Part shown: positions 1 to 9,781 of the stretch, piece after piece
Position numbering within the stretch: position 1 is the first letter of the stretch
Layout of the letters: every line of letters begins with the position of its first letter
IMG/VR virus record: IMGVR_UViG_2663763400_000006
Reading direction: 5' to 3' (one strand)
DNA length: 55,493 nucleotides
From: a virus
Lineage: Duplodnaviria; Heunggongvirae; Uroviricota; Caudoviricetes
Position numbers and translations under genes: made by a program
Notes under the pieces: model-generated
What the model saw: only the letters and a program-made list of their open reading frames with translations
Databases searched by the model: none
Told to the model about the DNA's origin: nothing

Positions 1-1164
1 TTACGCCTTCTTTATATCCTCCATAATTCCAGAGTGGGACATATTTGGGACATTATCACCAAAAATGTCGTCTATTTTCCTCGCATGCTCTGTCAAATGA
101 TTAGGCGCAAGGTGAGCATACCTACGAACCATTTCTATGGACTCCCATCCGCCCATTTCCTGAAGCACTGATAATGGGACGCCTGACTGAATCAGCCAGC
201 TTGCCCAGGTGTGTCTGAGGTCATGGAAACGGAAATCTTCAATTCCTGCACGACGACAAGCTGATAGCCATGATGTCTTGCTGTCGATGCGCATCTTCCT
301 GACCGCAGGCGTTGATGTTCCATCTGCTCGCTTAGCCGCCTTGGTATGTACAAACACCCATTTGTGATGCTTGCCTATTTGATCACGCAACACTTTACAG
401 GCGGTATCGTTCAGCGCCACACCAATGGCGCGGTTTGATTTGCTCTCTTCTGGATTCACCCAGGCAACTCGTCGCTGCATGTCGATTTGTTGCCATTCCA
501 GATTTATGATGTTCGACTTTCTCAGACCAGTTGCCAGCGCAAACTTGACGACAGATTTCAGTGGTTCGGGGCACTCATCAATAAGGCGTTTTGCTTCCTC
601 CTTTTCCAGCCATCTGACTCGCTTGTTTCTGACCGCTGGTATCTTGATGACAGGCGCTTTTTCCAGCCACTTCCAGTCGCGTTCTGCAGCACGGAGAATG
701 GCCTTTATCATGGCAAGATGCTTTGCCTTTGTCTGAGTTGATACTGGCTTTGGTTCATAAACAGGCGGTTCTTTACCTTTCCTGATGGCGGCCTGAACTT
801 TCTGTTTCCATATTTCTTTCGTCTTTCTGTTATGCATTCTGCTTACAGCAGAGTAAATCTTTGCCTCCGAGATATCTTTAAGCCTTATACCCTCAAAATG
901 TTCAAGCCAGAACTCAATCCGGCTTTTATCTGAATCGAGAGATTTTTTATCAGCTTTTTCCTCAAGCCATCTTAGGCAGGCCTCTTCAAAAGTGACATCA
1001 GGTAAATCCCCTAGCTTTTCTACTCGCCAGAGTTCTGCTTTTCGCTTGTCGTGCAACTCCTGAGCTTGCCGCTTGTCCTTTGTGCCAAGAGATTCCTTAA
1101 TTCGTTTCCCGCCCGGGAGCGAATACGAGGCATACCATATTTCATTTCTGCGGAAGAGTGACAT
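1..1164 (-). CDS. int: Phage tyrosine integrase
   Basis: 387-aa ORF with C-terminal tyrosine-recombinase motifs (HDLRHTWAS...LGGW...VRRYAHL); first gene of the leftward early operon, followed by xis-like ORF. Confidence 0.9.
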   Translation of the reverse strand: MSLFRRNEIWYASYSLPGGKRIKESLGTKDKRQAQELHDKRKAELWRVEKLGDLPDVTFEEACLRWLEEKADKKSLDSDKSRIEFWLEHFEGIRLKDISEAKIYSAVSRMHNRKTKEIWKQKVQAAIRKGKEPPVYEPKPVSTQTKAKHLAMIKAILRAAERDWKWLEKAPVIKIPAVRNKRVRWLEKEEAKRLIDECPEPLKSVVKFALATGLRKSNIINLEWQQIDMQRRVAWVNPEESKSNRAIGVALNDTACKVLRDQIGKHHKWVFVHTKAAKRADGTSTPAVRKMRIDSKTSWLSACRRAGIEDFRFHDLRHTWASWLIQSGVPLSVLQEMGGWESIEMVRRYAHLAPNHLTEHARKIDDIFGDNVPNMSHSGIMEDIKKA

Positions 1165-1391
1165 TTTCTTTCCTCTGTTATGCCATCACCCGCGCTCACC
1201 TGGACAGTATGCAGCGGAGACTGAAGCGCCGCAATGCAGGCTTGCCGTGTTGTGAGGTAAGGAGATTTTGGCTTGGTTGGATCTTTACGTGTTGCCTGTA
1301 GGCGGCCTGTTCGTATCCAGTTGGTGGCGGTTGGTCTGGATATCTTAAGAAACTGACAGGCCTCATCGAGTGTGAGGCTGTATGATTCCAT
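1020..1391 (-). CDS. xis: Excisionase-like DNA-binding protein; 3' end overlaps int
   Basis: Probable start [31 protein letters not shown] inside the 1020..1421 ORF; HTH excisionase/AlpA-like pattern; position immediately upstream of int. Confidence 0.55.
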   Translation of the reverse strand: MESYSLTLDEACQFLKISRPTATNWIRTGRLQATRKDPTKPKSPYLTTRQACIAALQSPLHTVQVSAGDGITEERKCHSSAEMKYGMPRIRSRAGNELRNLLAQRTSGKLRSCTTSEKQNSGE

Positions 1392-1641
1392 GGTTACCTC
1401 TGCTTTTTGAACGCATGTCACGTAACTTCTTAATGTGTTCTGCCGTTTCGATCTCTTCTGCTATCCGATCTGCATCAGCTTTATTCACAGGTTCAAAGTC
1501 ATGATTAAAGCGGAACATGCTGGCGATACATGTTCTGCCTTTTCGGATGTAGTGAACTTTGTTGTGGGTAGAACGCAGGATTTTGCAGGGAGTGCCGTGG
1601 TGGTCGACGTACCAGGTGTTAGGAAAAATGATTCTGAACAT
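1363..1641 (-). CDS. Hypothetical small early-left protein
   Basis: 92-aa ORF on the same strand as the early-left operon; no recognisable motif. Confidence 0.3.
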   Translation of the reverse strand: MFRIIFPNTWYVDHHGTPCKILRSTHNKVHYIRKGRTCIASMFRFNHDFEPVNKADADRIAEEIETAEHIKKLRDMRSKSRGNHGIIQPHTR

Positions 1642-1688
1642 TTTTACACCTCAGTTGGACGATGTTGAAATTTGCTGCTTTGAGGCCA

Positions 1689-1907
1689 TCACAGTCCCCA
1701 TTGTTTGTTCTTAAGTTCGATCTCCTCCTGGCAACTCGCACAAGTCCGACAACCCTGAACAGCCAGGCGTCTTCGCTCATCTATCGGATCGCCACACTCA
1801 CAACAATGAGTTGCGGATACAGTCTGGTAGTTCAGACGACGCATTTTTATTGCTGTATTGCGCTGTAATTCTTCGATTTCTGATGCTGAATCAATGATGT
1901 CTGCCAT
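1689..1907 (-). CDS. TraR/DksA-family C4 zinc-finger protein
   Basis: 72 aa with CCECGDPIDERR...CRTCASCQ four-cysteine motif typical of phage TraR/DksA-like proteins. Confidence 0.6.
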   Translation of the reverse strand: MADIIDSASEIEELQRNTAIKMRRLNYQTVSATHCCECGDPIDERRRLAVQGCRTCASCQEEIELKNKQWGL

Positions 1908-2005
1908 CTTTCATTAATCCCTGAATTGTTGGTTAATACGCTTGAGGGTAAATGCGAATAATAAAAAAGGAGCCTGTAGCTCCCTGATGATTTTGCTTTT
2001 CATGT

Positions 2006-2287
2006 TCACCGTTCCTTAAAGACGCCGTTCAACATGCCGATCGCCAGGCTTAAATGAGTCGGTGTGAATCCCATCAGCGTTACCGTTTCGCGGTGCTTCT
2101 TTAGTACGCTACGGCAAATGTCATCGACGTTTTTATCCGGAAAATGCTGTCTGGCTTTTTTGATTTCAGAATTAGCCTGACGGGCAATGCTGCGAAGGGC
2201 GTTTTCTTGCTGAGGTGTCATTGAACAAGCCCCATGTCGGCAAGCATAAGCACACAGAATATGAAGCCCGCTGCCAGAAAAATGCAT
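2006..2287 (-). CDS. Hypothetical small phage protein
   Basis: 93-aa ORF (likely internal start MTPQQENALRS) in the early-left operon. Confidence 0.3.
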   Translation of the reverse strand: MHFSGSGLHILCAYACRHGACSMTPQQENALRSIARQANSEIKKARQHFPDKNVDDICRSVLKKHRETVTLMGFTPTHLSLAIGMLNGVFKER

Positions 2288-2297
2288 TCAGTGGTTG

Positions 2298-2489
2298 TCA
2301 TACCTGGTCTCTCTCATCTGCTTCTGCTTTCGCCACCATCATTTCCAGCTTTTGTGAAAGGGATGTGGCTAACGTATGAAATTCTTCGTCTGTTTCTGCT
2401 GGTATTGGCACAAACCTGACTCCAATTTGAGCAAGGCTATGTGCCATCTCAATACTCGTTCTTAACTCAACAGGAGATGCTTTGTGCAT
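2298..2489 (-). CDS. Hypothetical small phage protein
   Basis: 63-aa ORF in the early-left operon; overlaps the next ORF in another frame, so one of the two may be spurious. Confidence 0.25.
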   Translation of the reverse strand: MHKASPVELRTSIEMAHSLAQIGVRFVPIPAETDEEFHTLATSLSQKLEMMVAKAEADERDQV

Positions 2490-2644
2490 ACCGCCTCCCG
2501 TTTATTATTTATCTTCTCAGCCAGCCGCTGTGCTTTCAGTGGATTTCTGATAACAGAAAGGCCGGGAAATACCCAGCCTCGCTTTGTAACGGAGTAGACG
2601 AAAGTGATCGCGCCTACCCGGATATTATCGTGAGGATGCGTCAT
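2462..2644 (-). CDS. Lambda orf60a-like small protein
   Basis: [43 protein letters not shown] resembles the small ORF just downstream of exo in lambda, as recalled; 4-bp overlap with exo stop. Confidence 0.4.
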   Translation of the reverse strand: MTHPHDNIRVGAITFVYSVTKRGWVFPGLSVIRNPLKAQRLAEKINNKREAVCTKHLLLS

Positions 2645-3321
2645 CGCCATTGCTCCCCAAATACAAAACCAATTTCAGCCAGTGCCTCGTCCATTTTTTC
2701 GATGAACTCCGGCACCATCTCGTCAAAACTCGCCATGTACTTTTCATTCCGCTCAATCACGACATAATGCAGGCCTTCACGCTTCATGCGCGGGTCATAG
2801 TTGGCAAAGTACCAGGCATCTTTTCGCGTCACCCACATGCTGTACTGCACCTGGGCCATGTAAGCCGATTTTATTGCCTCGAAACCACCGAGCCGGAATT
2901 TCATGAAATCCCGGGAGGTAAACGGGCATTTCAGTTCAAGGCCGTTGCCGTCACTGCATAAACCATCGGGAGAGCAGGCGGTGCGCATACTTTCGTCGCG
3001 ATAGATGATCGGGGATTCAGTAATATTCACGCCGGAAGTGAATTCAAACAGGGTTCTGGCGTCGTTCTCGTACTGTTTTCCCCAGGCCAGCGCCTTAGCA
3101 TTAACTTCCGGAGCCACACCGGTGCAAACCTCAGCCAGCAGGGTGTGGAAGTAGGACATTTTCATGTCAGGCCACTTCTTTCCTGAGCGGGGCTTTGCTA
3201 TCACGTTGTGAACTTCTGAAGCGGTGATGACGCCGAGCCGTAATTTGTGCCATGCATCATCCCCCTGTTCGACAGCTCTCACGTCGATCCCGGTACGCTG
3301 CAGGATAATGTCCGGTATCAT
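2641..3321 (-). CDS. exo: Lambda-type 5'-3' exonuclease (Red alpha)
   Basis: 226 aa, near-identical over its length to lambda Exo as recalled ([40 protein letters not shown]...). Confidence 0.95.
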   Translation of the reverse strand: MIPDIILQRTGIDVRAVEQGDDAWHKLRLGVITASEVHNVIAKPRSGKKWPDMKMSYFHTLLAEVCTGVAPEVNAKALAWGKQYENDARTLFEFTSGVNITESPIIYRDESMRTACSPDGLCSDGNGLELKCPFTSRDFMKFRLGGFEAIKSAYMAQVQYSMWVTRKDAWYFANYDPRMKREGLHYVVIERNEKYMASFDEMVPEFIEKMDEALAEIGFVFGEQWR

Positions 3322-4103
3322 GCTGCCACCTTCTGCTCAGTGGCTTTCTGTTTCAGGAATCCAAGAGCTTTCACTGCTTCGGCCTGTGTCAGTTCTGACG
3401 AGGCGCGAATGTCGCGGCGAAATATCTGGGAACAGAGCGGCAATAAGTCGTCATCCCATGTTTTATCCAGGGCGATCAGCAGAGTGTTAATCTCCTGCAT
3501 GGTTTCATCGTTAACCGGAGTGATGTCGCGTTCCGGCTGACGTTCTGCAGTGTATGCAGTATTTTCGACAATGCGCTCGGCTTCATCCTTGTCATAGATA
3601 CCAGCAAATCCGAAGGCCAGACGGGCACACTGAATCATGGCTTTATGCCGTAACATCCGTTTGGGATGCGACTGCCACGGCCCCGTGATTTCTCTGCCTT
3701 CGCGAGTTTTGAATGGTTCGCGGCGGCATTCATCCATCCATTCGGTAACGCAGATCGGATGATTACGGTCCTTGCGGTAAATCCGGCATGTACAGGATTC
3801 ATTGTCCTGCTCAAAGTCCATGCCATCAAACTGCTGGTTTTCATTGATGATGCGGGACCAGCCATCAACGCCCACCACCGGAACGATGCCGTTCTGCTTA
3901 TCAGGGAAGGCGTAAATTTCTTTCGTCCACGGATTAAGGCCGTACTGGTTGGCGACGATCAACAATGCGATGAACTGCGCATCGCTGGCATCACCTTTAA
4001 ATGCCGTCTGGCGAAGAGTGGTGATCAGTTCCTGTGGGTCGACAGAATCCATGCCGACACGTTCAGCCAGCTTCCCAGCCAGCGTTGCGAGTGCTGTACT
4101 CAT
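3318..4103 (-). CDS. bet: Single-strand annealing protein Bet (Red beta)
   Basis: 261 aa, matches lambda Bet as recalled ([48 protein letters not shown]...); 4-bp overlap with exo. Confidence 0.95.
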   Translation of the reverse strand: MSTALATLAGKLAERVGMDSVDPQELITTLRQTAFKGDASDAQFIALLIVANQYGLNPWTKEIYAFPDKQNGIVPVVGVDGWSRIINENQQFDGMDFEQDNESCTCRIYRKDRNHPICVTEWMDECRREPFKTREGREITGPWQSHPKRMLRHKAMIQCARLAFGFAGIYDKDEAERIVENTAYTAERQPERDITPVNDETMQEINTLLIALDKTWDDDLLPLCSQIFRRDIRASSELTQAEAVKALGFLKQKATEQKVAA

Positions 4104-4108
4104 CCGTT

Positions 4109-4405
4109 TTATACCTCTGAATCAATATCAACCTGGTGGTGAGCAATGGTTTCAACCATGTACCGGATGTGTTCTGCCATGCGCTCCTGAAACTCAACAT
4201 CGTCATCAAACGCACGGGTAATGGCTTTTTTGCTGGCCCCGTGGCGTTGCAAATGATCGATGCATAGCGATTCAAACAGGTGCTGGGGCAGGCCTTTTTC
4301 CATGTCGTCTGCCAGTTCTGCCTCTTTCTCTTCACGGGCGATCTGCTGGTAGTGACGCGCCCAGCTCTGAGCCTCAAGACGATCCTGAATGTAATAAGCG
4401 TTCAT
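4109..4405 (-). CDS. gam: Gam, host RecBCD inhibitor (short form)
   Basis: 98 aa, [60 protein letters not shown]... matches the C-terminal 98 aa of lambda Gam; no long-form N-terminal extension is open upstream. Confidence 0.9.
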   Translation of the reverse strand: MNAYYIQDRLEAQSWARHYQQIAREEKEAELADDMEKGLPQHLFESLCIDHLQRHGASKKAITRAFDDDVEFQERMAEHIRYMVETIAHHQVDIDSEV

Positions 4406-4543
4406 GGATAAACTCCTGAAATTTTGATGTGCGGATCCAGACAGTGCGTTAACTGCATAGTTGTTTGAATGAACTCGCTTGATTAATCAAAATGTTGGAT
4501 CACACTATGTCTTGCTCAAAATCTGATAAATAAGGTGTCTAGA

Positions 4544-4849
4544 ATGCTGATTGATAAGTTAAAGTCTTCTCCGATGTACCCAACCGCAGAAATGGGTAAG
4601 CAGTCGAAAAAGAATCATTGGTATGTAAGGGAAAAGGGGAGTGATCAACCGCAAGACCAGACCTGGAGAGCTTGGTGGGAATCTCGCTCGCTTGGCAAAG
4701 GCCATATCAATTGGAGATCTACATGCGTAGCAGAAAATGTACTCGATCCATTCAATCCGCCATCTCGGTTTGAGGTTGATTTCAAAGCCCCTGATGGGAG
4801 TATCTACAACCTTGAATTTGCTTTGGCTCCACACGGCCCAAACAAGTGA
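4544..4849 (+). CDS. Hypothetical protein (possible moron, opposite to early-left transcription)
   Basis: ORF with ATG at 4544 preceded by AAGGTG Shine-Dalgarno (the ORF-track start at 4535 is GTG); no recognisable domain. Confidence 0.4.
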   Translation: MLIDKLKSSPMYPTAEMGKQSKKNHWYVREKGSDQPQDQTWRAWWESRSLGKGHINWRSTCVAENVLDPFNPPSRFEVDFKAPDGSIYNLEFALAPHGPNK

Positions 4850-4853
4850 GTAG

Positions 4854-5144
4854 TTAGTGGCTCAGACCACCGCCAGTACCATTCAGGTAAACCTCCACGA
4901 GCAAATCTTTTGTGTACGTTCGTTCGATGCCGCGATGCAAGTAAAGCCGACCGCGCAAATTAGCTGATGCCGTCCAGGTACCATCTTTGTGTTTAACCAG
5001 CATACCTGGCCGGACGGCACCGCGATTAACGGTCTGAGTTCCGTAATGTTGATGAACCATAAAAACTCCTGCCCGTAAGCTGGGCTGCTGAACATATAGA
5101 GACTTCTGCGCGTATTCAGGCGGTGGATGGCCGCCGGTTGTCAT
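4854..5144 (-). CDS. Hypothetical protein, first ORF downstream of the putative pL/OL
   Basis: 96-aa ORF in the position where lambda has N, but it lacks an arginine-rich N-terminal motif. Confidence 0.3.
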   Translation of the reverse strand: MTTGGHPPPEYAQKSLYVQQPSLRAGVFMVHQHYGTQTVNRGAVRPGMLVKHKDGTWTASANLRGRLYLHRGIERTYTKDLLVEVYLNGTGGGLSH

Positions 5145-5340
5145 AACTAAGCCGCCTCGTTGAAGCGACTGAGGTATGAAGTGTTGAGTTGATTTCAGCT
5201 GGTCACACCGACGTTAACGCGTCCGCTTCACCCCTCGCACTCCCCGGAGCCTGCTGAAATTCAAGCTGCGGATCTAAGCGGTCATCGCAACGGCGAATCA
5301 GGTGGTTGCCGTATCGTTGTGTTGTTGCGACATGGTGATA

Positions 5341-5385
5341 ATAGCTATTGCTATTAGTGATATCAATACTTATTGCTATTGATTG
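5341..5385. promoter_or_regulatory. Putative OL operator/pL region
   Basis: Clustered TTGCTATT / ATAGCTATT motifs (atagctattgctattagtga...tattgctattg); the same motif recurs in the cI-cro intergenic region. Confidence 0.4.
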
Positions 5386-5504
5386 ATGCATTTTGATATT
5401 AACTGTTTGATAGCAAAAGGAATTAATTTTGTGACTTGCATCGCATAGCGATAACTGAAGCGGGGGTTATGGTGGTTTTTTGAACGGTGTGTGATGAGGG
5501 GAGG

Positions 5505-5535
5505 CAAAAGAAAACCCGGCACGACGGCCGGGGAA
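5505..5535 (-). terminator. Rho-independent terminator ending the cI operon
   Basis: Inverted repeat cccggc/gccggg with a U-rich tail when read on the minus strand, immediately 3' of the 287-aa gene. Confidence 0.5.
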
Positions 5536-5536
5536 A

Positions 5537-6400
5537 TCATTTCGCATCTACAATAAATAACCTGTTTATCTGGCCTTTTTTAACAGTAGCCTTTGCGGTT
5601 ATAGTGAATACTGCAGATGGATCACCTTTGGTTGATATATATGCACTAAGAGCTCTAATATACGGGTTATTCTTCTTTCCTGCAGCTGGATCGCTAATTT
5701 CAGCAGTGATTCTCTTTTTTGAGTCATCACCATCTAAAATTATTTTAGCTGTCATATTTTGTGCATCAAATTCTGTAAGAAAAGCACGATACTCACGAAG
5801 ACCGAGAACTTCATCATCATCAAGCCTATCAATTTCAGCTTTATCTCTCTCATTAACTTTTAGAAGGCAGCCGTCAACATTTGTTGCAACACTTATCTGA
5901 TCGCAAGTATTACCAATAGGTGATACTGCCTGCCTTACAGAGGGGCGAAGCTCTACAGCCATTCGGTCAATCAAAGAGATCAACTTATCAATGGTTCCAG
6001 CATCCTTGTTTCCTAGTGCCTCTATGGCCTTTTCAAGTGACTGCTGCAAAGCTTTCATTTCATCTTTCTTGTTAGAATTTCTCGCAAAAATATATTGTAG
6101 TATTGCGCCAAGTATAGTTGCGGCGATCCCCGAGAACAACTGGTTCTGAGTGGCGAAGTTAAGAACTGCTTCAAGAGTAAAGCAGTTAGCTTTTGCTTCG
6201 CGTGCGTAAACCTTAACTTCCTGATAATTAATGTATTTACTATATTTTTGTGTAACAGAGAAAGAAGCTGCTGTTGAGAGAACTTTAGAAAAACCCTTTA
6301 GGGATTCTCCTAGGCAGTTCAAATCTATTTCATGATTTAAAGCATCTTTTCCGTCATACCTAAGAGAGATTTTTATATCCTGTAAAGCGTCACAATCCAT
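5537..6400 (-). CDS. Unknown 287-aa protein with one central hydrophobic segment, in the rexAB position
   Basis: ATG at 6400; AT-rich codon usage unlike flanking phage genes; hydrophobic segment [19 protein letters not shown]; co-directional with and 3' of cI, followed by a terminator. Confidence 0.6.
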   Translation of the reverse strand: MDCDALQDIKISLRYDGKDALNHEIDLNCLGESLKGFSKVLSTAASFSVTQKYSKYINYQEVKVYAREAKANCFTLEAVLNFATQNQLFSGIAATILGAILQYIFARNSNKKDEMKALQQSLEKAIEALGNKDAGTIDKLISLIDRMAVELRPSVRQAVSPIGNTCDQISVATNVDGCLLKVNERDKAEIDRLDDDEVLGLREYRAFLTEFDAQNMTAKIILDGDDSKKRITAEISDPAAGKKNNPYIRALSAYISTKGDPSAVFTITAKATVKKGQINRLFIVDAK

Positions 6401-6466
6401 AAATCGCTCTCGTCTAATTCTAATTAAATTTACTATCCCCTAAACGACTCATCAGCACAGTGCTGA

Positions 6467-7159
6467 TTATCCATGTTTCCTGTACGTCTGGGGCATGCTC
6501 CCAATAACCTTACCGAAGATGAACACCCGGTTCATCTCGTCTTTCTCGATCGGGTCCCACGGTGAGTAGCTCTTGTTATCAGAGATAACCAGCAGCTTAT
6601 CCTTCATCATTTGCAGGCGCTTTACATGGGCGGTGTCGTCGTACAGAAACGCATAGATGCCATCACCGTCGAAAGATTTAACCGTGATATCAACGAACAG
6701 CAGATCACCTGGTTCGATCGTTCCTGACATGCTGTCACCACGCACGTTAATGATGCGGATATTTTCCGCCTTCCTGCCATCGAACATGTGACGAGCATCG
6801 TCAAACGAGTACTCAACCGAGCGTAGGACTTCTACAAACTCACGGTTGATGACTCCCGGCCCAGCACTGACTTCTATATCAAGAACGTCAATCTTGAAGT
6901 ATTTGGAATGGTTGACAGTAGGCTTCCCTGATTGTTGACCGTCATTTCTCATCGGGCCTATGCCTGATGAGAGCCACTCTGTTCGAACACCCAATGCATT
7001 AGCTATTTCAACAATTTTTGTTGAGCCGCGCGCGTTGCCGCTTGTCAGTCTCCAGATTGTGGGTTGAGCTACGCCAGACGCCTTTGCAAGAGCGCCTTGA
7101 GACATCCCAGATTGTTCCATCGCTAGGTTTAAGCGATCAGCAAGAGTTTCTTTTTTCAT
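6467..7159 (-). CDS. cI: CI-type repressor (XRE helix-turn-helix plus S24 LexA-like autopeptidase)
   Basis: N-terminal HTH (MSQGALAKASGVAQPTIWRL), C-terminal peptidase motifs (VRGDSMSGTIEPGDLLFVD ... HVKRL); start taken at MKKETL (7159), the ORF could extend to 7216. Confidence 0.85.
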   Translation of the reverse strand: MKKETLADRLNLAMEQSGMSQGALAKASGVAQPTIWRLTSGNARGSTKIVEIANALGVRTEWLSSGIGPMRNDGQQSGKPTVNHSKYFKIDVLDIEVSAGPGVINREFVEVLRSVEYSFDDARHMFDGRKAENIRIINVRGDSMSGTIEPGDLLFVDITVKSFDGDGIYAFLYDDTAHVKRLQMMKDKLLVISDNKSYSPWDPIEKDEMNRVFIFGKVIGSMPQTYRKHG

Positions 7160-7170
7160 AAGTTTTAATT

Positions 7171-7240
7171 TATACGCTTGCGTATTGATGGTCAAAACAC
7201 GTTTTGCTATTGCCATGGTTAATACGCATTGCTATTATTC
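7171..7240. promoter_or_regulatory. Putative OR operators with divergent pRM/pR
   Basis: cI-cro intergenic region holding repeated ATACGC..GCGTAT and TTGCTATT motifs shared with the putative OL. Confidence 0.45.
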
Positions 7241-7269
7241 ATTCATTGTAATACCAATAGGAATTGATA

Positions 7270-7497
7270 ATGACAAATCAAACCATTCAACTCGCAATCA
7301 GTATTACAGGTAGTCAAAAACGACTGGCAGATCTATGCGGTGTAGCCCAGCCCACTGTTTGGCGTTGGCTACACGGTGGCGGAATTGATGCCCGCTATGT
7401 AATGAAAATTGTCTCAGCCACTGGTGGAAAGATTAAGCCAGCAGATATTCGTCCCGACCTCGCACCATTGTTTAACGCGAGTAATTCTGCCGCCTAA
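7270..7497 (+). CDS. cro: Cro-like HTH repressor
   Basis: Small HTH protein (LADLCGVAQPTVWRWLHGG) divergent from cI; ATG at 7270 with AGGA Shine-Dalgarno. Confidence 0.7.
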   Translation: MTNQTIQLAISITGSQKRLADLCGVAQPTVWRWLHGGGIDARYVMKIVSATGGKIKPADIRPDLAPLFNASNSAA

Positions 7498-7521
7498 TCT
7501 GCGGCGTTAACTGATAAGGCG

Positions 7522-8067
7522 ATGATTATGCAACCACTTACATACCAACAGACTAGCGGATTTAGCCCGACTGCGGTGATAAATCGTTCTCAAATAAAAC
7601 AGGTGCCAGGCCACGAAAAAATTCGTGATGCCGTCCGCGCCTGGTCTGCTGAAGATAATCAGGATGTAGTTGCCGCACTCATTGTGAATGAGTATCGAGC
7701 ACAGGGCGGCGGCACCATCGATTTTCCTGATGATGTCAGTCGTGCACGCCAGAAGCTGTTCCGCTTCCTCGATAACAAATTCGATTCTGAAAAATACCGA
7801 AATAACGTGCGTGAACTGACCCCGGCAATTCTGGCGGTACTACCGCTGGAATATCGCGGCCACCTGGTTGAGCAGGATAGCTTCATGGCTCGGCTGGCTG
7901 AAATGGAAAAGGAACTCAGTGAGGCAAAGCAGGCGGTCATTCTCAACGCACCACGCCACCAGAAACTGAAGGAGATGAGTGAAGGCATTGTGTCGATGTT
8001 TCGAGTGGACCCGGATCTGGCTGGTCCATTGATGGCGATGGTCACCACCATGCTGGGGGCAATATGA
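7522..8067 (+). CDS. CII-position regulatory protein, possibly YdaT/DUF1019-like
   Basis: 181-aa ORF directly after cro and before O; family assignment is from recollection only. Confidence 0.35.
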   Translation: MIMQPLTYQQTSGFSPTAVINRSQIKQVPGHEKIRDAVRAWSAEDNQDVVAALIVNEYRAQGGGTIDFPDDVSRARQKLFRFLDNKFDSEKYRNNVRELTPAILAVLPLEYRGHLVEQDSFMARLAEMEKELSEAKQAVILNAPRHQKLKEMSEGIVSMFRVDPDLAGPLMAMVTTMLGAI

Positions 8068-8153
8068 CAGGTTCAAAAATGGCGAAAGTCGGTCTGCGGG
8101 AACAGAACCGACTTTCAGGTGCAAATCGTAACACACTCATTGCGGGAGGAATT

Positions 8154-9083
8154 ATGGCAAACACTGCTGAGATATTCAATTTTCCAGTGCCGGATGCGGC
8201 ACAAAAGGAGCCGCGCGTGGCAGATCTCGATGATGGTTATACGCGCATTGCAAATGAGTTGCTGGAAGCTGTAATGCTGGCCGGATTAACACAGCACCAG
8301 CTTCTGGTCTTCCTGGCTGTCATGCGCAAAACATATGGCTTTAATAAAAAACTGGATTGGGTGAGCAACGAGCAACTTTCCGAGTTGACCGGGATATTGC
8401 CGCACAAGTGTTCTGCTGCAAAAAGTGTTCTGGTAAAGCGTGGGATTTTTATTCAGAGCGGGCGGAATATCGGCATTAATAATGTGGTCAGTGAATGGTC
8501 AACATTACCCGAATCAGGTAAGAAAAATAAAGTTTACCTGAAAGAGGTAAATTTACCTGAATCAGGTAAAAAAAGTTTACCCAAATCAGGTAAAGACGTT
8601 TACCCGAATCAGGTAAACACAAAAGACAAACTAACAAAAGACAATATAAAACCTTTTTCGTCCGAGAATTCTGGCGAATCCTCTGACCAGCCAGAAAACG
8701 ACCTTCCTGTGGAGAAACCAGATGCTGCAATTCAGAGCGGCAGCAGGTGGGGGACAGCAGAAGACCTGACCGCCGCAGAGTGGATGTTTGACATGGTGAA
8801 GACCATCGCGCCATCAGCCAGAAAACCGAATTTTGCAGGGTGGGCTAACGATATCCGCCTGATGCGTGAACGTGACGGACGTAACCACCGCGACATGTGC
8901 GTGCTGTTCCGCTGGGCATGCCAGGACAACTTCTGGTCCGGTAACGTGCTAAGTCCGGCCAAACTCCGCGACAAGTGGACCCAACTCGAAATCAACCGTA
9001 ACAAGCAACAGGCAGGCGTGACAGCTAGCAAACCAAAACTCGACCTGACAAACACAGACTGGATTTACGGGGTGGATTTATGA
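8154..9083 (+). CDS. O: Replication initiator O
   Basis: C-terminal two-thirds near-identical to lambda O as recalled (SENSGESSDQPENDL...FAGWANDIRLMRERDGRNHRDMCVLFRWACQDNFWSGNVLSPAKLRDKWTQLEINRNK); ATG 8154 with GGGAGGA Shine-Dalgarno. Confidence 0.9.
   Translation: MANTAEIFNFPVPDAAQKEPRVADLDDGYTRIANELLEAVMLAGLTQHQLLVFLAVMRKTYGFNKKLDWVSNEQLSELTGILPHKCSAAKSVLVKRGIFIQSGRNIGINNVVSEWSTLPESGKKNKVYLKEVNLPESGKKSLPKSGKDVYPNQVNTKDKLTKDNIKPFSSENSGESSDQPENDLPVEKPDAAIQSGSRWGTAEDLTAAEWMFDMVKTIAPSARKPNFAGWANDIRLMRERDGRNHRDMCVLFRWACQDNFWSGNVLSPAKLRDKWTQLEINRNKQQAGVTASKPKLDLTNTDWIYGVDL
8505..8600. repeat. Origin iterons inside O (ori-lambda-like)
   Basis: Four direct repeats of the form atcaggtaa...tttacc(c/t)gaa inside the O coding sequence, followed by an A-rich tract. 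Confidence 0.8.
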
Positions 9084-9781
9084 AAAACATCGCCGCACAG
9101 ATGATTAACTTTGACCGTGAGCAGATGCGTCGGATCGCCAACAACATGCCGGAACAGTACGACGAAAAGCCTCAGGTACAGCAGGTAGCGCAGATCATCA
9201 ATGGTGTGTTCAGCCAGTTACTGGCAACTTTCCCGGCGAGCCTGGCTAACCGGGACCAGAACGAACTGAACGAAATCCGCCGCCAGTGGGTTCTGGCTTT
9301 CCGGGAAAACGGGATCACCACAATGGAACAGGTTAACGCAGGAATGCGCGTAGCCCGTCGGCAGAATCGACCATTCCTGCCATCACCCGGGCAGTTTGTT
9401 GCATGGTGCCGTGAAGAAGCATCCGTTATTGCCGGACTGCCAAACGCCAGCGAGCTGGTTGATATGGTTTACGAGTATTGCCGGAAGCGTGGCCTGTATC
9501 CGGATGCAGAGTCTTATCCGTGGAAATCAAACGCGCACTACTGGCTGGTTACTAGCCTGTACCAGAATATGCGGGCCAATGCGCTTACTGATACGGAATT
9601 ACGGCGCAAGGCTGCCGATGAACTGACTTGTATGACCGCGCGAATTAACCGTGGTGAGGCGATCCCTGAACCAGTAAAACAACTTCCTGTTATGGGCGGT
9701 AGACCTCTAAATCGTGCACAGGCTCTGGCGAAGATCGCAGAAATTAAAGCTAAGTTCGGACTGAAAGGAGCAAGTGTATGA
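9080..9781 (+). CDS. P: Replication protein P (helicase loader)
   Basis: 233 aa, matches lambda P as recalled; overlaps O stop. Confidence 0.9.
   Translation: MKNIAAQMINFDREQMRRIANNMPEQYDEKPQVQQVAQIINGVFSQLLATFPASLANRDQNELNEIRRQWVLAFRENGITTMEQVNAGMRVARRQNRPFLPSPGQFVAWCREEASVIAGLPNASELVDMVYEYCRKRGLYPDAESYPWKSNAHYWLVTSLYQNMRANALTDTELRRKAADELTCMTARINRGEAIPEPVKQLPVMGGRPLNRAQALAKIAEIKAKFGLKGASV

Noticed and set aside
4854-5144. Assignment of the 96-aa ORF as antiterminator N
   Set aside because: Positionally it is the first ORF after the putative pL, but it lacks the arginine-rich N-terminal motif of N proteins and no boxA/boxB-like nut site was seen; left as hypothetical.
5203-5900. Small ORFs 5203..5391 (-) and 5487..5900 (+)
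   Set aside because: Overlap the putative OL/pL region and the 3' end of the 287-aa gene with its terminator; no start signals; likely non-coding.
8505-8600. Direct repeats in O considered as a CRISPR array or mobile-element ends
   Set aside because: Four iterons within the O coding sequence followed by an A-rich tract; classic lambda-type origin.
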